NCBI GenBank assembly: GCA_963816395.1
Contig: CAWFKQ010000009.1
Location: 96,001 to 160,000, forward strand
DNA from: an uncultured delta proteobacterium
Lineage (GTDB): Bacteria; Desulfobacterota; Desulfuromonadia; Desulfuromonadales; JACZKF01
Reading direction: 5' to 3'
DNA length: 64,000 bases
The number at the start of each line of letters is the position of its first letter. Within the stretch, counting starts at the first letter, position 1. Under the pieces are notes generated by a model. The model did not search any database. It was given only the letters and a program-made list of their open reading frames with translations, and was not told the DNA's origin. A program made the position numbers and the translations under genes. Of this stretch, positions 45,486-57,010 are shown piece after piece.

Positions 45486-46913
45486 GTGAAGAGATTATCT
45501 CTGGCGCTTTTGGCGGTTGTCGCGCTGGCTGCTCCGGTCTGCGCCAGCGAAGGGGGCGGCAGCACGGTGCAGGACCTGACCAGCACCGGGTATGGTTATC
45601 TGGGCGTAATCATTTTTGTCCTGGCCTACGCCCTGGTGATTGTGGAAGAGAAGCTCCACATGCGCAAGAGCAAGCCGGTGATGGTGGCCGCCGGATTCAT
45701 CTGGGTGCTGGTCGCCCTGGCCTATGCCAGCGTCGGCGATACGCACTCGCCGCACGCCGCCATCAAGGACAACCTGGTGGAGTATGCCGAGCTCTTCCTC
45801 TTCCTCCTGGCAGCGATGACCTACATAAACTCCCTGGAAGAGCGCAACGTCTTCAAGGCCCTGCGCGCCTGGCTGGTGTCGCGCGGCTTTTCCCTGCGGA
45901 CGATCTTCTGGCTCACCGGTCTGCTGGCCTTCTTCATTTCCCCTATTGCCGACAACCTGACCACGGCCTTGCTCATGGGGGCGGTAGTCATGGCGGTCGG
46001 CAAGGACAACAAGAAATTCGTCGTCCTCGCCTGTATCAATATCGTGGTCGGGGCGAATGCCGGCGGCGCCTATTCGCCCTTCGGCGACATCACCACCCTG
46101 ATGGTCTGGCAGAAAGGGAAAGTCGATTTCATCGAGTTCTTCGCCATTTTCGTCCCCTCCCTGGTCAATTGGCTGGTGCCGGCCTTCATCATGAGCTTTG
46201 CCATCAAGAAGGAGAAACCGCAGCCGCTGGAGGAGACGGTGCGGATGAAGCTGGGGGCCAGACGGATCATGGTCCTTTTCCTGCTGACCATCGCCACCGC
46301 CGTCTCCTTCCACAATTTCCTGCACCTGCCGCCGGCCGTCGGCATGATGCTGGGGCTCGGATTCCTCTCCCTCTTCGCCTACTACATCAAGAAGAGGGAG
46401 CACCGCATGATGAGCGGCGACAATCCCCTCGATGTGGGTGGTCACAACCATCAAGGCAGCGGTTTCGACCTTTTTCGCAAGATTGCCAAGGCGGAATGGG
46501 ATACCCTCCTGTTCTTCTATGGGGTCATCCTCTGCGTCGGCGGCCTCGGCCAGCTCGGCTATCTGGCCATGGTTTCCCATGCCATGTACACCGGCCTGGG
46601 GGATACCACGGCCAATGTTCTGGTGGGGGTCCTCTCATCGGTGGTCGACAACATTCCGGTGATGTATGCGGTGCTCACCATGAATCCGCACATGTCCCAT
46701 GGCCAGTGGCTGCTGGTCACCTTGACCGCCGGAGTGGGGGGAAGTCTCCTCTCCATCGGCTCGGCAGCCGGCGTGGGGCTGATGGGTACGGCCCGGGGGA
46801 TCTACACCTTCGGCCGGCATCTGGTCTGGATGCCGGCGATCGCCCTCGGCTATATTGCCAGCATCTATGTCCATCTGTGGATCAACGCCGTCCATTTCAC
46901 CGATTTCCATTAG
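45486..46913 (+). CDS. nhaD: Na+/H+ antiporter NhaD family
   Basis: EE..HMRKSKP, ISPIADNLTTAL, ANAGGAYSPFGDITTLM, VDNIP and GGSLLSIGSAAGV motifs. Confidence 0.92.
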   Translation: MKRLSLALLAVVALAAPVCASEGGGSTVQDLTSTGYGYLGVIIFVLAYALVIVEEKLHMRKSKPVMVAAGFIWVLVALAYASVGDTHSPHAAIKDNLVEYAELFLFLLAAMTYINSLEERNVFKALRAWLVSRGFSLRTIFWLTGLLAFFISPIADNLTTALLMGAVVMAVGKDNKKFVVLACINIVVGANAGGAYSPFGDITTLMVWQKGKVDFIEFFAIFVPSLVNWLVPAFIMSFAIKKEKPQPLEETVRMKLGARRIMVLFLLTIATAVSFHNFLHLPPAVGMMLGLGFLSLFAYYIKKREHRMMSGDNPLDVGGHNHQGSGFDLFRKIAKAEWDTLLFFYGVILCVGGLGQLGYLAMVSHAMYTGLGDTTANVLVGVLSSVVDNIPVMYAVLTMNPHMSHGQWLLVTLTAGVGGSLLSIGSAAGVGLMGTARGIYTFGRHLVWMPAIALGYIASIYVHLWINAVHFTDFH

Positions 46914-47008
46914 GCGCCTGAGCAAAAACATCCATTTGAGCCCCAGGGAGATGGAGAGGGGAGATGAGAGAATCCTTTCTTCAGCAGTACTCTCTGGTTG
47001 AAAAGGGG

Positions 47009-47033
47009 GCGGGGAGGCGACTCCCCGCTTTTT
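47009..47033 (+). terminator. Intrinsic terminator after nhaD, abutting the hemW start
   Basis: GCGGGGAG-GCGA-CTCCCCGC-TTTTT, with a GNRA loop. Confidence 0.75.
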
Positions 47034-47034
47034 C

Positions 47035-48166
47035 ATGCCCGCTCTCTACGTTCACGTCCCCTTCTGCCGCAGAAAATGCCCCTACTGCGATTTCTTTTCC
47101 GTGCCGGGCGAGGCGCGGCAACTGGCAGCCTACGTCGAACTGCTCTGCCGGCATCTGGAATTGGCTGCCGAGGCGGGCTGGCGCGGCCCCTTCGACACCG
47201 TCTTCCTGGGCGGTGGCACCCCCTCGCTGCTGCCGCCGGCGGACGTTGGCCGGATCCTGGAGGCGGCCCACCGGCCAATTCGGATGGCCGACGGGGCGGA
47301 AATCTCCCTGGAAGCCAACCCGGGGACGCTTTCTCCCGGCTCTCTGGCCGGTTACCGCGCCGCCGGGGTTAATCGCCTCTCCCTCGGATTGCAGTCCCTG
47401 AGCCGTACAAAACCTGCGGCGGCTCGGCCGCATTCATAGGCCGGCGGAGGCGGCGGACGCGGTCCGCTGGGCCCGCCGGTCCGGATTCGCCAACCTCTCC
47501 TGCGACCTGATGTTCGCCCTGCCGGGGCAGACCCGGCGAGGACTCTTGCGGGAACTGGAGGCGCTTTTGCGGCTGGAACCGGAGCATCTTTCCTGCTATG
47601 GCCTGACGGTGGAGGAGGAAACCCCCTTTTACCACCTGCACCGCGCCGGCGGCTTGCCCTTGCCGAAGGAGGAGAGGTATGCCGAGCTCTACCATACTCT
47701 TCACGAGCGCCTGACCGCGGCCGGCTATCGCCATTACGAAATCTCCAACTATGCCCGACCGGGCCGGGAGTGCCGGCACAATCTGCGTTACTGGAGCCGC
47801 CGCAGCTACCTGGGGATCGGCGCCGCTGCCCATTCCTTCTGCGCCCGGGGATGGGGTGAGCGTCTGGCGGTTCCGCCGGATCTGTCGCACTATGCCGCGC
47901 AGCTGACGGCCGGGGCGAATCCAACCGAATCCCTGGAAACTTTCGACCGGCGCGGGGCGATGGCTGAGACTCTCTATCTGGGCTTGCGCACCGAAAGCGG
48001 CATTGCCGAGGCCGAGTTCCGAAATTATTTCGGTGCGGGAGTGGCGGAAGCCTTTCCGGCGGCCGTGGCTCGCGCCGGTGAACGGCTGCGTTTAGTCGAC
48101 GGAAGCTGGCGACTGGATGTCGAAGGCTGGCTCCTCTACGATCACCTGATCACCCCATTTCTTTGA
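47035..48166 (+). CDS. hemW: Radical SAM heme chaperone HemW (HemN-like); apparent indels at ~47400-47480
   Basis: LYVHVPFCRRKCPYCDF, GGGTPS, EANP, YEISNYA and HNLRYW motifs; directly upstream of hrcA. Confidence 0.88.
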
Positions 48167-48197
48167 AAAAGTCGTAGCGTTTCCGCCCCCTTTGCCC

Positions 48198-48226
48198 TTG
48201 ACAAAGGAGGCGGCCGTTGTTATGTT
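48198..48226 (+). promoter_or_regulatory. sigma70 promoter of the hrcA-dnaK operon
   Basis: TTGACA-N17-TATGTT with TG extended -10, 9 nt upstream of CIRCE. Confidence 0.75.
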
Positions 48227-48235
48227 GTTGATGTG

Positions 48236-48262
48236 TTAGCACTCGGACATTGGGAGTGCTAA
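48236..48262. promoter_or_regulatory. CIRCE operator (HrcA binding site)
   Basis: Perfect TTAGCACTC-N9-GAGTGCTAA. Confidence 0.96.
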
Positions 48263-48265
48263 GCG

Positions 48266-48291
48266 AAAGCCGGATACTCCGGCTTTTTTTT
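48266..48291 (+). terminator. Intrinsic terminator-like hairpin in the hrcA leader
   Basis: AAAGCCGGA-TAC-TCCGGC followed by 8 T. Confidence 0.7.
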
Positions 48292-48306
48292 GGGACTGTT
48301 GGCATT

Positions 48307-49347
48307 ATGCGTGAGGAACTCAACGAGCGGAGTCGCAGAATTCTCGAGGCGATCATCGAGGATTACATTGTTTCGGCAGAGCCGGTCGGCTCCCGGGCAG
48401 TGACCCGCCGGCATCTGCTCGGCCTCTCGCCAGCGAGCGTCCGCAACGTGATGGCCGACCTGGAGGAGATGGGTTATATCAGCGCTCCGCATACCTCCGC
48501 CGGCCGGGTGCCTACGGAAAAAGGTTACCGCTATTATATCGATTCGCTCTTGCAGGTGAAACAGCTGAGCGTGCTCGATCAGCAGCGCATTGAGGAACAT
48601 TACCGGCTCAAAGGTCTGCGGATGGAGGAGACTCTGCGTGAGGTGGGGAAGGTGCTTTCGTCGATTTCCCACTATACCGGCCTCGTTCTGGCGCCGCGGT
48701 TTCACACCACATATTTTCGCCATATGGAATTCGTCCGACTCTCCAGCGGCCGGATTCTGGTCATTCTGGTGACCCAATCGGGGATCGTGCAGAATAAGCT
48801 GATCGAAACCGATGAGGACCTGAGCCAGAGCGAGCTGGAGCAGATGGGAAACTATCTGAACCACACTCTTGCCGGGCTTACCATTCAGGAGGTGAAGGCC
48901 AGGATCATCAGCGAGATGGCCCAGGAGAAAGCCTTGTACCACCGCCTTCTTAAACGAGCCCTGCAACTCTCCCGGCAGGCGATTCTCGATGAAGAGGACG
49001 GCGAGGTTTTCATCGAGGGGGCGACGCAAATGCTGGAGCAGCCCGAATTCTCCAACCTGGAGCGGATGAAACGACTCTTCCGCGCATTTGAACAGAAAAG
49101 CCAGCTGATTGAAATTCTGGATAAAAGCCAGGGGGCCGCGGGAGTGCAGATCTTTATCGGCAGTGAAAGCGAATACAGCGAAATCGAAGGATGCAGCCTG
49201 GTGACCGCGGCCTATTCCAGCCGGCGGGGAACCATCGGGACGCTGGGGGTGCTCGGCCCGACCCGCATGCCTTACTCCCTGGTCATACCGATCGTCGACT
49301 ACACGGCCCGGCTGGTCAGCAAAATCCTCGAAACCGATTCGCAATAG
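48307..49347 (+). CDS. hrcA: Heat-inducible transcription repressor HrcA
   Basis: AEPVGSR, SPASVRNVMADLE, PHTSAGRVPTEKGYRYY and GVLGPTRMPY motifs. Confidence 0.96.
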   Translation: MREELNERSRRILEAIIEDYIVSAEPVGSRAVTRRHLLGLSPASVRNVMADLEEMGYISAPHTSAGRVPTEKGYRYYIDSLLQVKQLSVLDQQRIEEHYRLKGLRMEETLREVGKVLSSISHYTGLVLAPRFHTTYFRHMEFVRLSSGRILVILVTQSGIVQNKLIETDEDLSQSELEQMGNYLNHTLAGLTIQEVKARIISEMAQEKALYHRLLKRALQLSRQAILDEEDGEVFIEGATQMLEQPEFSNLERMKRLFRAFEQKSQLIEILDKSQGAAGVQIFIGSESEYSEIEGCSLVTAAYSSRRGTIGTLGVLGPTRMPYSLVIPIVDYTARLVSKILETDSQ

Positions 49348-49359
49348 GAGAGCTTAAAG

Positions 49360-49966
49360 GTGCCCAAGAAGAAAAAAAACAACGAAGAAACGACTCCTGC
49401 CGTGGAGGAAAAAGAGCCGGAAGCCTCTAAAGGCCCGGAATCAGCTGGGGAAAATGCGGAAGCGGCTCCAGTGTCAGCTGACACCACCCCCCCGACGGCG
49501 GAGGAAGAACTGGTGGCTGCCCGGGCGGTGGCGGCGAAGAACTGGGACCTTTACCTGCGCTCCCAGGCTGAGTTCGATAATTACCGCAAGCGGGTGCAGC
49601 GGGAGAAAGAGGATCTGGCCCGTTTTGCCAACGAGGCTATTCTGCGCGAGATCCTCCCGGTGGTCGATAACCTCGAGCGGGCCGTGGAGCATGCCGGCGA
49701 CAAGGGCAGTGCGGAGGGGCTGCTGGAGGGCGTGCAGATGACTCTCAGCCAGTTCCAGAGGGTACTGGACAAGTTTGGAGTGAAACCGATCCAGGCCACC
49801 GGCGAACTGTTCGATCCCGCCCGCCACGAGGCGATCGGCCAAGTAGAGAGCCGAGCAGGTGCCGCCCAATACGGTGGCCCAGGAACTGCAAAAGGGATAT
49901 TTTCTCAATGACCGGCTGCTGCGCCCCGCTCTGGTGATGGTGGCAAAAGCTCCGGCCGGCGACTGA
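49360..49966 (+). CDS. grpE: Nucleotide exchange factor GrpE; apparent indel near 49850
   Basis: [32 protein letters not shown], then shifted-frame [18 protein letters not shown]. Confidence 0.93.
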
Positions 49967-50024
49967 AAACGGCTAAGGAACCTGTTAAAATACAGAAACG
50001 AAAGAGAAAGAGGAGGATTCAGAT

Positions 50025-51932
<1,908 letters not shown>

Positions 51933-51956
51933 CCGCAGCCGCAAAGATCGGGAAGG

Positions 51957-51993
51957 GCAACAGGAGCCGGGAAATCTTACCGGCTCCTGTTGC
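51957..51993. repeat. 14-bp stem-loop between dnaK and dnaJ (terminator or mRNA-stabiliser)
   Basis: GCAACAGGAGCCGG-N9-CCGGCTCCTGTTGC. Confidence 0.7.
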
Positions 51994-52068
51994 TGTTGAA
52001 ATTGTACTGACAGCGGGGGAGGATCGGTATATCATGCACATTTATCCCCGCGGACAAGGAATTTCAGA

Positions 52069-53175
52069 TTGGCAAAGCGTGACTATTATGAGGTGCTGGA
52101 CGTCCACCGCAACGCCAGCGAGACCGAGATCAAGAAAGCCTACCGCCGGCTGGCTCTGAAGTGCCATCCCGACAAGAACCCCGGGAGCAAGGAAGCTGAG
52201 GAGCAGTTCAAGGAACTCTCCGAAGCTTACGCCGTTCTCGCCGATCCGCAGAAACGGGCCACCTACGACCAGTACGGGCATGCCGGTTTGAACGGCGCCA
52301 GCTACTCGGGAGGCGGCTTCGGCGGCAGTCCCTTTGAAGACATTTTCGGCGATATCTTCGGCGATATCTTCGGCGCCGCCGGTACCCGCCGCGGCCGCGG
52401 GAAGCGAGGCGACGACCTGCGGTACAACCTCACCATCTCCTTTGAGGAAGCGGCTTTCGGTCTGGAAACCAAGATTCAGATTCCGCGCCACCAGGTCTGC
52501 TCTACCTGCCAAGGCTCCGGCGCCCGGCCGGGAACCTCCCCGAAAACCTGCCCCACCTGTCGCGGCGCCGGTCAGGTTCGCTACCAACAAGGCTTCTTCT
52601 CCCTTACCCGCCCCTGTCCAGACTGCGCGGGGGCCGGCAAGGTAATTGATAATCCCTGTCCCGAATGCCGGGGGAGCGGCCGGATCCGCGGGACAAAAAA
52701 CATGTCTCTCAAAATCCCCGCCGGGGTGGAAACCGGCAATCGCCTCAAGCTCAGCGGAGAAGGGGAGGCAGGCACCCAGGGGGGAGCGCCGGGGGACCTG
52801 TATGTGGTGATCACGGTCAAGGAGCACCCCATCTTCAAACGCGAGGGGCAGGATATCATCTGTGAGATTCCCATCTCCTTCCCGCAGGCAGCCCTCGGCT
52901 GTGAGCTGGAAGTTCCTACCCTGGAGGGGAAGGTGAAAGTCAAGGTCCCACCGGGAACCCAATCCGGCAAGGTGCTCCAGTTGGCCGGCAAGGGAATCCC
53001 TTCTCTGCAGGGATACGGACGCGGTGAGCAGTTGGTGGTGCTGCGGGTGGAGACTCCGACCCGACTGACCTCGCGGCAGAAAGAGCTGTTGGAGGAATTT
53101 GCCCGGGAAGGGGGAGAAGAAACCCATCCCCTGGGGAAGGGCTTTTTCGATAAGGTGAAGGAACTGTTTGGTTGA
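52069..53175 (+). CDS. dnaJ: Chaperone DnaJ
   Basis: J-domain HPD, G/F region with DIF repeats and four CxxCxGxG zinc-finger repeats; TTG start. Confidence 0.97.
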   Translation: MAKRDYYEVLDVHRNASETEIKKAYRRLALKCHPDKNPGSKEAEEQFKELSEAYAVLADPQKRATYDQYGHAGLNGASYSGGGFGGSPFEDIFGDIFGDIFGAAGTRRGRGKRGDDLRYNLTISFEEAAFGLETKIQIPRHQVCSTCQGSGARPGTSPKTCPTCRGAGQVRYQQGFFSLTRPCPDCAGAGKVIDNPCPECRGSGRIRGTKNMSLKIPAGVETGNRLKLSGEGEAGTQGGAPGDLYVVITVKEHPIFKREGQDIICEIPISFPQAALGCELEVPTLEGKVKVKVPPGTQSGKVLQLAGKGIPSLQGYGRGEQLVVLRVETPTRLTSRQKELLEEFAREGGEETHPLGKGFFDKVKELFG

Positions 53176-53200
53176 TCTGTGCAGGAGGAGGATGAGACTG

Positions 53201-55045
53201 ATGGCCATCCGAGGATTGCTGCTGCTGCTGTTCATTTCCTTGGCCGCGCCGGCTTTTTCCCTCGACCGGCTGGAACCCGCCGGCGAGGAATCGCTGCAGC
53301 GAAGCATTGAGCTTTACCGGGCGGGTCAGTCGGATGAGGCTCTCTCCCGCCTGCGGGGTTTCGTGGTGCGGCATGGAGATTCGCCGCTGCTTCCCGAAGC
53401 TTACCTTTACCTGGCCCGCATATTTCTCGACAGCGACCGCTACCAGGAGGCTCTTCTTTATCTGGAAAGAATTCCTGCCGAGCGGGTGACCCCGGAAGTT
53501 CGCCTGATCAAGGGAGCCGCCCTGGTCGGGGCGGGGGATGCCGAGGCCGGAGTCGACCTGCTGCAGTCCCTGGAGAACGAAAACCTTTCCGACACCGATC
53601 GCCGGCTGCGCCTGAAATCGCTGGCCGATGGCAATACCCGCCTGGGCAGGCCGCTGCAGGCCCTGTTTTTCATCCACCGCAGCCTGGCTCTTCCCGGGGC
53701 GAAGGAAGAAGCCATGCTGCAGCAGGCTCATTCCCTGCTGCGCGACCAGTTGAATGATGCCGAGCTGGGGGAAGCCGCCTTCATGTTCGGCGGTGCGCCC
53801 ATCGGCGAGGATGCCCGCCTGCAACAGGCGCTGCGCGCCTTCGCTGGCGGAAAGTCGGAGACCGCCCGGCAGCTGGCCGCCGAGGTGGTGCGCAGTACGG
53901 TGCCTTTCCCTTACCGGCGCGATGCGGTGCTGCTACTGGAGCGGCTGGTCGGCAATGATTGGGTGGAACGCTCGGTGGGGATCATACTGCCGCTGAACGG
54001 CCGGTATTCCACTTTCGGCCAGTTGGTCCGCCGCGGCATGGAACTGGCGTTGCAGGTTCACGGCGACAGTGCTGTACGCTTCATCTTCACCGACACCGAT
54101 GCCGACCCCGAAAAAAGCGCCCAGGCGGTCTCCGATCTTGCTAATAACCAGCGAGTCATGGCGATTGCCGGTCCCCTCACTGGCGGGGCTGCGGCGGCGG
54201 CCGCCATCCGTGCCCAGCAGGAGAGAGTTCCCCTTTTGACTCTCTCGCAGCGCGACGGTCTTGCCGAAACGGGAGACTACATTTTCCGCGATTCTCTTAC
54301 CTCCCGCCTGCAGGTACAGGCACTGGTGAAGTACGCGATGGAAGAGCGGGGGCTGAAAACCTTCGGCATTCTCTTCCCGGAGAACAAACTGGGACGGGAG
54401 ATGGCCGAGCTGTTCGCCCGTGCGGTGGCGGAGCGCGGCGGCCAGGTGGCGGCCCGGCAGAGCTACGCCGAAAATGCCACAGATTTTCGCGTGCAGGTTC
54501 GCGGACTGCAGGGCCGGGATCCGGCCGCCCCAGAGGAGGAGCCTACAGCCGGGGAGAAGAAGGAACCCGCGCCGCCTCCCTTCGAGGCCCTGTTCATTCC
54601 GGATTATGCCGACCGCATCGGCCTGATTGCGCCGCAGCTGGTTTTCTATGGGCTGGAAAATACCCAATTGCTGGGCATAAACGGCTGGAATTCACCCGAT
54701 CTGCTGCGCCTCGCCGGCTCCTACCTGGAAGGGGCGGTGTTCGTCGACGGTTTTTTCCGTTATAGCTCCTATCCTTTCGTGAAAGAATTCGTCAACCTCT
54801 ACTTCGAGAAATATGGGGAGGAGCCTACCATCCTCGAGGCCCAGGGTTTCGATGTGGCCAGCATTCTGCTCACCCAGCTGGAAAATCCGGCGGTTAAAAC
54901 CCGTGAGGAGCTGCGTCTGGCTCTTGCCGGTCTTCGCAACTATCCGGGAGTTACCGGCGCCACCAGTTTCAACCTGCAGGGGGATGCGGAAAAAATCCTT
55001 TTTCTGCTGCAGGTTCAGAATGGCAATCTGGGGCAGATCAATTGA
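53201..55045 (+). CDS. LpoA/LppC-like penicillin-binding protein activator (TPR + periplasmic binding-protein domain)
   Basis: Signal peptide and TPR region, then GIILPLNG, IAGPL, ALFIPD, LLGINGWN, AQGFD and GVTG motifs. Confidence 0.78.
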   Translation: MAIRGLLLLLFISLAAPAFSLDRLEPAGEESLQRSIELYRAGQSDEALSRLRGFVVRHGDSPLLPEAYLYLARIFLDSDRYQEALLYLERIPAERVTPEVRLIKGAALVGAGDAEAGVDLLQSLENENLSDTDRRLRLKSLADGNTRLGRPLQALFFIHRSLALPGAKEEAMLQQAHSLLRDQLNDAELGEAAFMFGGAPIGEDARLQQALRAFAGGKSETARQLAAEVVRSTVPFPYRRDAVLLLERLVGNDWVERSVGIILPLNGRYSTFGQLVRRGMELALQVHGDSAVRFIFTDTDADPEKSAQAVSDLANNQRVMAIAGPLTGGAAAAAAIRAQQERVPLLTLSQRDGLAETGDYIFRDSLTSRLQVQALVKYAMEERGLKTFGILFPENKLGREMAELFARAVAERGGQVAARQSYAENATDFRVQVRGLQGRDPAAPEEEPTAGEKKEPAPPPFEALFIPDYADRIGLIAPQLVFYGLENTQLLGINGWNSPDLLRLAGSYLEGAVFVDGFFRYSSYPFVKEFVNLYFEKYGEEPTILEAQGFDVASILLTQLENPAVKTREELRLALAGLRNYPGVTGATSFNLQGDAEKILFLLQVQNGNLGQIN

Positions 55046-55206
55046 CGGCAGGTTTCTCGCCTGCGGTCTGAATCCCCCCCGGGGAGGAATAGGGAATCCG
55101 GGGAGCACCCTCTCCAGCGGCTTCTCGCGGCTGAATCATTCATCTCTACAGTCCTCTCGATCCCCCCCTGTTTGACCAAAAAGCCCGTGAAAATGAGGAC
55201 TTTAAC

Positions 55207-55235
55207 TTGACGAAAAATACCCGACGTGTTATCAT
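55207..55235 (+). promoter_or_regulatory. Putative sigma70 promoter of carD
   Basis: TTGACG-N17-TATCAT with TG extended -10. Confidence 0.6.
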
Positions 55236-55263
55236 GTTAGAATGCAAAACTTAGGAGAATCCA

Positions 55264-55749
55264 ATGTTTAAGATCGGAGACTTGGCTGTTTACCCAACCC
55301 AGGGGGTAGGGATAATCGAGGCGATTGAAGCCAAGGAGGTCAGCGGGGAACAACTGAATTTTTATATTCTGCGGATCGTCGACAGCGACATGACGATCAT
55401 GATTCCGGTTTCCAATGCCAATCTGGTGGGGATGCGGGGCCTGATTGACAAAGAACGGATCGCCTTGGTTTACGACATTCTCGAAGAAAGGCGGATGAAC
55501 GGTGTCGCGGTTGCTTCCTGGAGCCGCCGCCAGCGGGAGTACAACGAGAAAATCAAATCCGGCGACCTGTTCGAGGTAGCGGAGGTCCTGCGAGAACTTT
55601 ATCAGATTCGGGAAGACAAGGAGCTCTCCTACGGAGAAAAGAAAGTTCTGGAACTCGCCCGCAAGCTCCTGATCAAGGAGATAGCTCTAGCGGAAGGGAT
55701 GAAAGAAGAGCAGATTGCTGAGCGTGTCGAGAAGATCTTTTTTCACTAG
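55264..55749 (+). CDS. carD: CarD/CdnL family RNA-polymerase-binding transcription factor
   Basis: FKIGDLAVYP.QGVG, conserved W (SWSRR), SGDLFEVAEV and LSYGEK motifs; upstream of ispDF. Confidence 0.92.
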   Translation: MFKIGDLAVYPTQGVGIIEAIEAKEVSGEQLNFYILRIVDSDMTIMIPVSNANLVGMRGLIDKERIALVYDILEERRMNGVAVASWSRRQREYNEKIKSGDLFEVAEVLRELYQIREDKELSYGEKKVLELARKLLIKEIALAEGMKEEQIAERVEKIFFH

Positions 55750-55786
55750 GACTCTTAACCAACCATTCGCGCACCCCCGGAATTCC

Positions 55787-56500
55787 ATGAGCGTCACCGT
55801 TCTAATCCCTGCCGCAGGCTCCGGCAGCCGCATGGGGGGCGCCGTAAACAAGCAGTACCTGACTCTTGGCGAGCTGCCAATCCTCGCTCATACCCTCTCC
55901 CTGTTCAATCAGCACCCTGCGATCGAGCGGATCTTCGTCATTGCTCCGCAGGAAGAGATCGCCTACTGCAGCTCCCAAATCGTGGAACATTACCGATTCA
56001 ACAAGGTCCGGGCAGTCATCGCCGGCGGCGCCGAGCGTCAGGACTCCGTGCGCAATGGCCTGCGCGCCTGCGGCGCCGCTGATGAAGAGATCATCCTGAT
56101 TCATGATGGTGCCAGGCCCTTTCTGCCTTCCGAGCTGATCGGAGAAGTAATCGCGGTCGCTGGGCGCGTCGGAGGCTGCATCGTCGGCGTGCCGGTCAAG
56201 GATACGATCAAAGAGGTGGAGGCCGGATGCATTGCGGGGACTCCCGACCGAAGCCGGCTGTGGCAGGCCCAGACTCCCCAGGCCTTTCCCTGCCGGATTA
56301 TCAGGGAAGCCCATGAGCGGGCCTGGCGGGAAGGCTTTCGCGGCACCGATGACGCCTCTCTGGTCGAACGTCTCGGGCAGCCGGTGGCCATGGTGACCGG
56401 CTGCTATCGCAACCTTAAAATCACCACACCCGAGGATATGGTCCTGGCCCGGGCGTTTCTGGAGGAGGACTCTCATGCTGCGCATCGGCCACGGCTATGA
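55787..56500 (+). CDS. ispD: 2-C-methyl-D-erythritol 4-phosphate cytidylyltransferase
   Basis: PAAGSGSRM...[28 protein letters not shown] and NLKITT motifs. Confidence 0.95.
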   Translation: MSVTVLIPAAGSGSRMGGAVNKQYLTLGELPILAHTLSLFNQHPAIERIFVIAPQEEIAYCSSQIVEHYRFNKVRAVIAGGAERQDSVRNGLRACGAADEEIILIHDGARPFLPSELIGEVIAVAGRVGGCIVGVPVKDTIKEVEAGCIAGTPDRSRLWQAQTPQAFPCRIIREAHERAWREGFRGTDDASLVERLGQPVAMVTGCYRNLKITTPEDMVLARAFLEEDSHAAHRPRL

Positions 56501-56972
56501 CGTGCACCGCCTCACGGCGGAGCGCAAGCTGATTCTCGGCGGGGTCGAGATCCCCTACAGTTATGGCCTGCTCGGCCATTCGGATGCGGACGTTCTGCTC
56601 CACGCCGTCTGTGACGCCCTGCTCGGGGCCTTGGGAGCCGGAGACATCGGCCGCCATTTTCCCGACTCCGATCCGCGATTCAAGGGCATTTCCAGTCTCA
56701 AGCTGTTGCGGGAGGTGATGGCCTTGGCGGCCGGGCAAGGCTATGTCATCGGCAACCTCGATGTTACCGTCATCGCCCAGCGGCCGAAACTCGCTCCCTA
56801 TATCGGTTCCATGGTGGAGAACCTTGCCGCTGCCTGTCGCACCGATAACTCGCGGGTGAACGTCAAGGCGACGACGACGGAGGAACTCGGCTTCGAAGGG
56901 CGGGGTGAAGGTATTTCCGCCCACGCCGTGGTGCTGTTGCGCGCCAGCGGCGGCGAGCGGCCGCCGATTTGA
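56475..56972 (+). CDS. ispF: 2-C-methyl-D-erythritol 2,4-cyclodiphosphate synthase
   Basis: [25 protein letters not shown] and NVKATTTE motifs. Confidence 0.96.
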   Translation: MLRIGHGYDVHRLTAERKLILGGVEIPYSYGLLGHSDADVLLHAVCDALLGALGAGDIGRHFPDSDPRFKGISSLKLLREVMALAAGQGYVIGNLDVTVIAQRPKLAPYIGSMVENLAAACRTDNSRVNVKATTTEELGFEGRGEGISAHAVVLLRASGGERPPI

Positions 56973-57010
56973 ATTTTGTTCTTTCCATCCTGCCGGAAAA
57001 GGAAACACAA

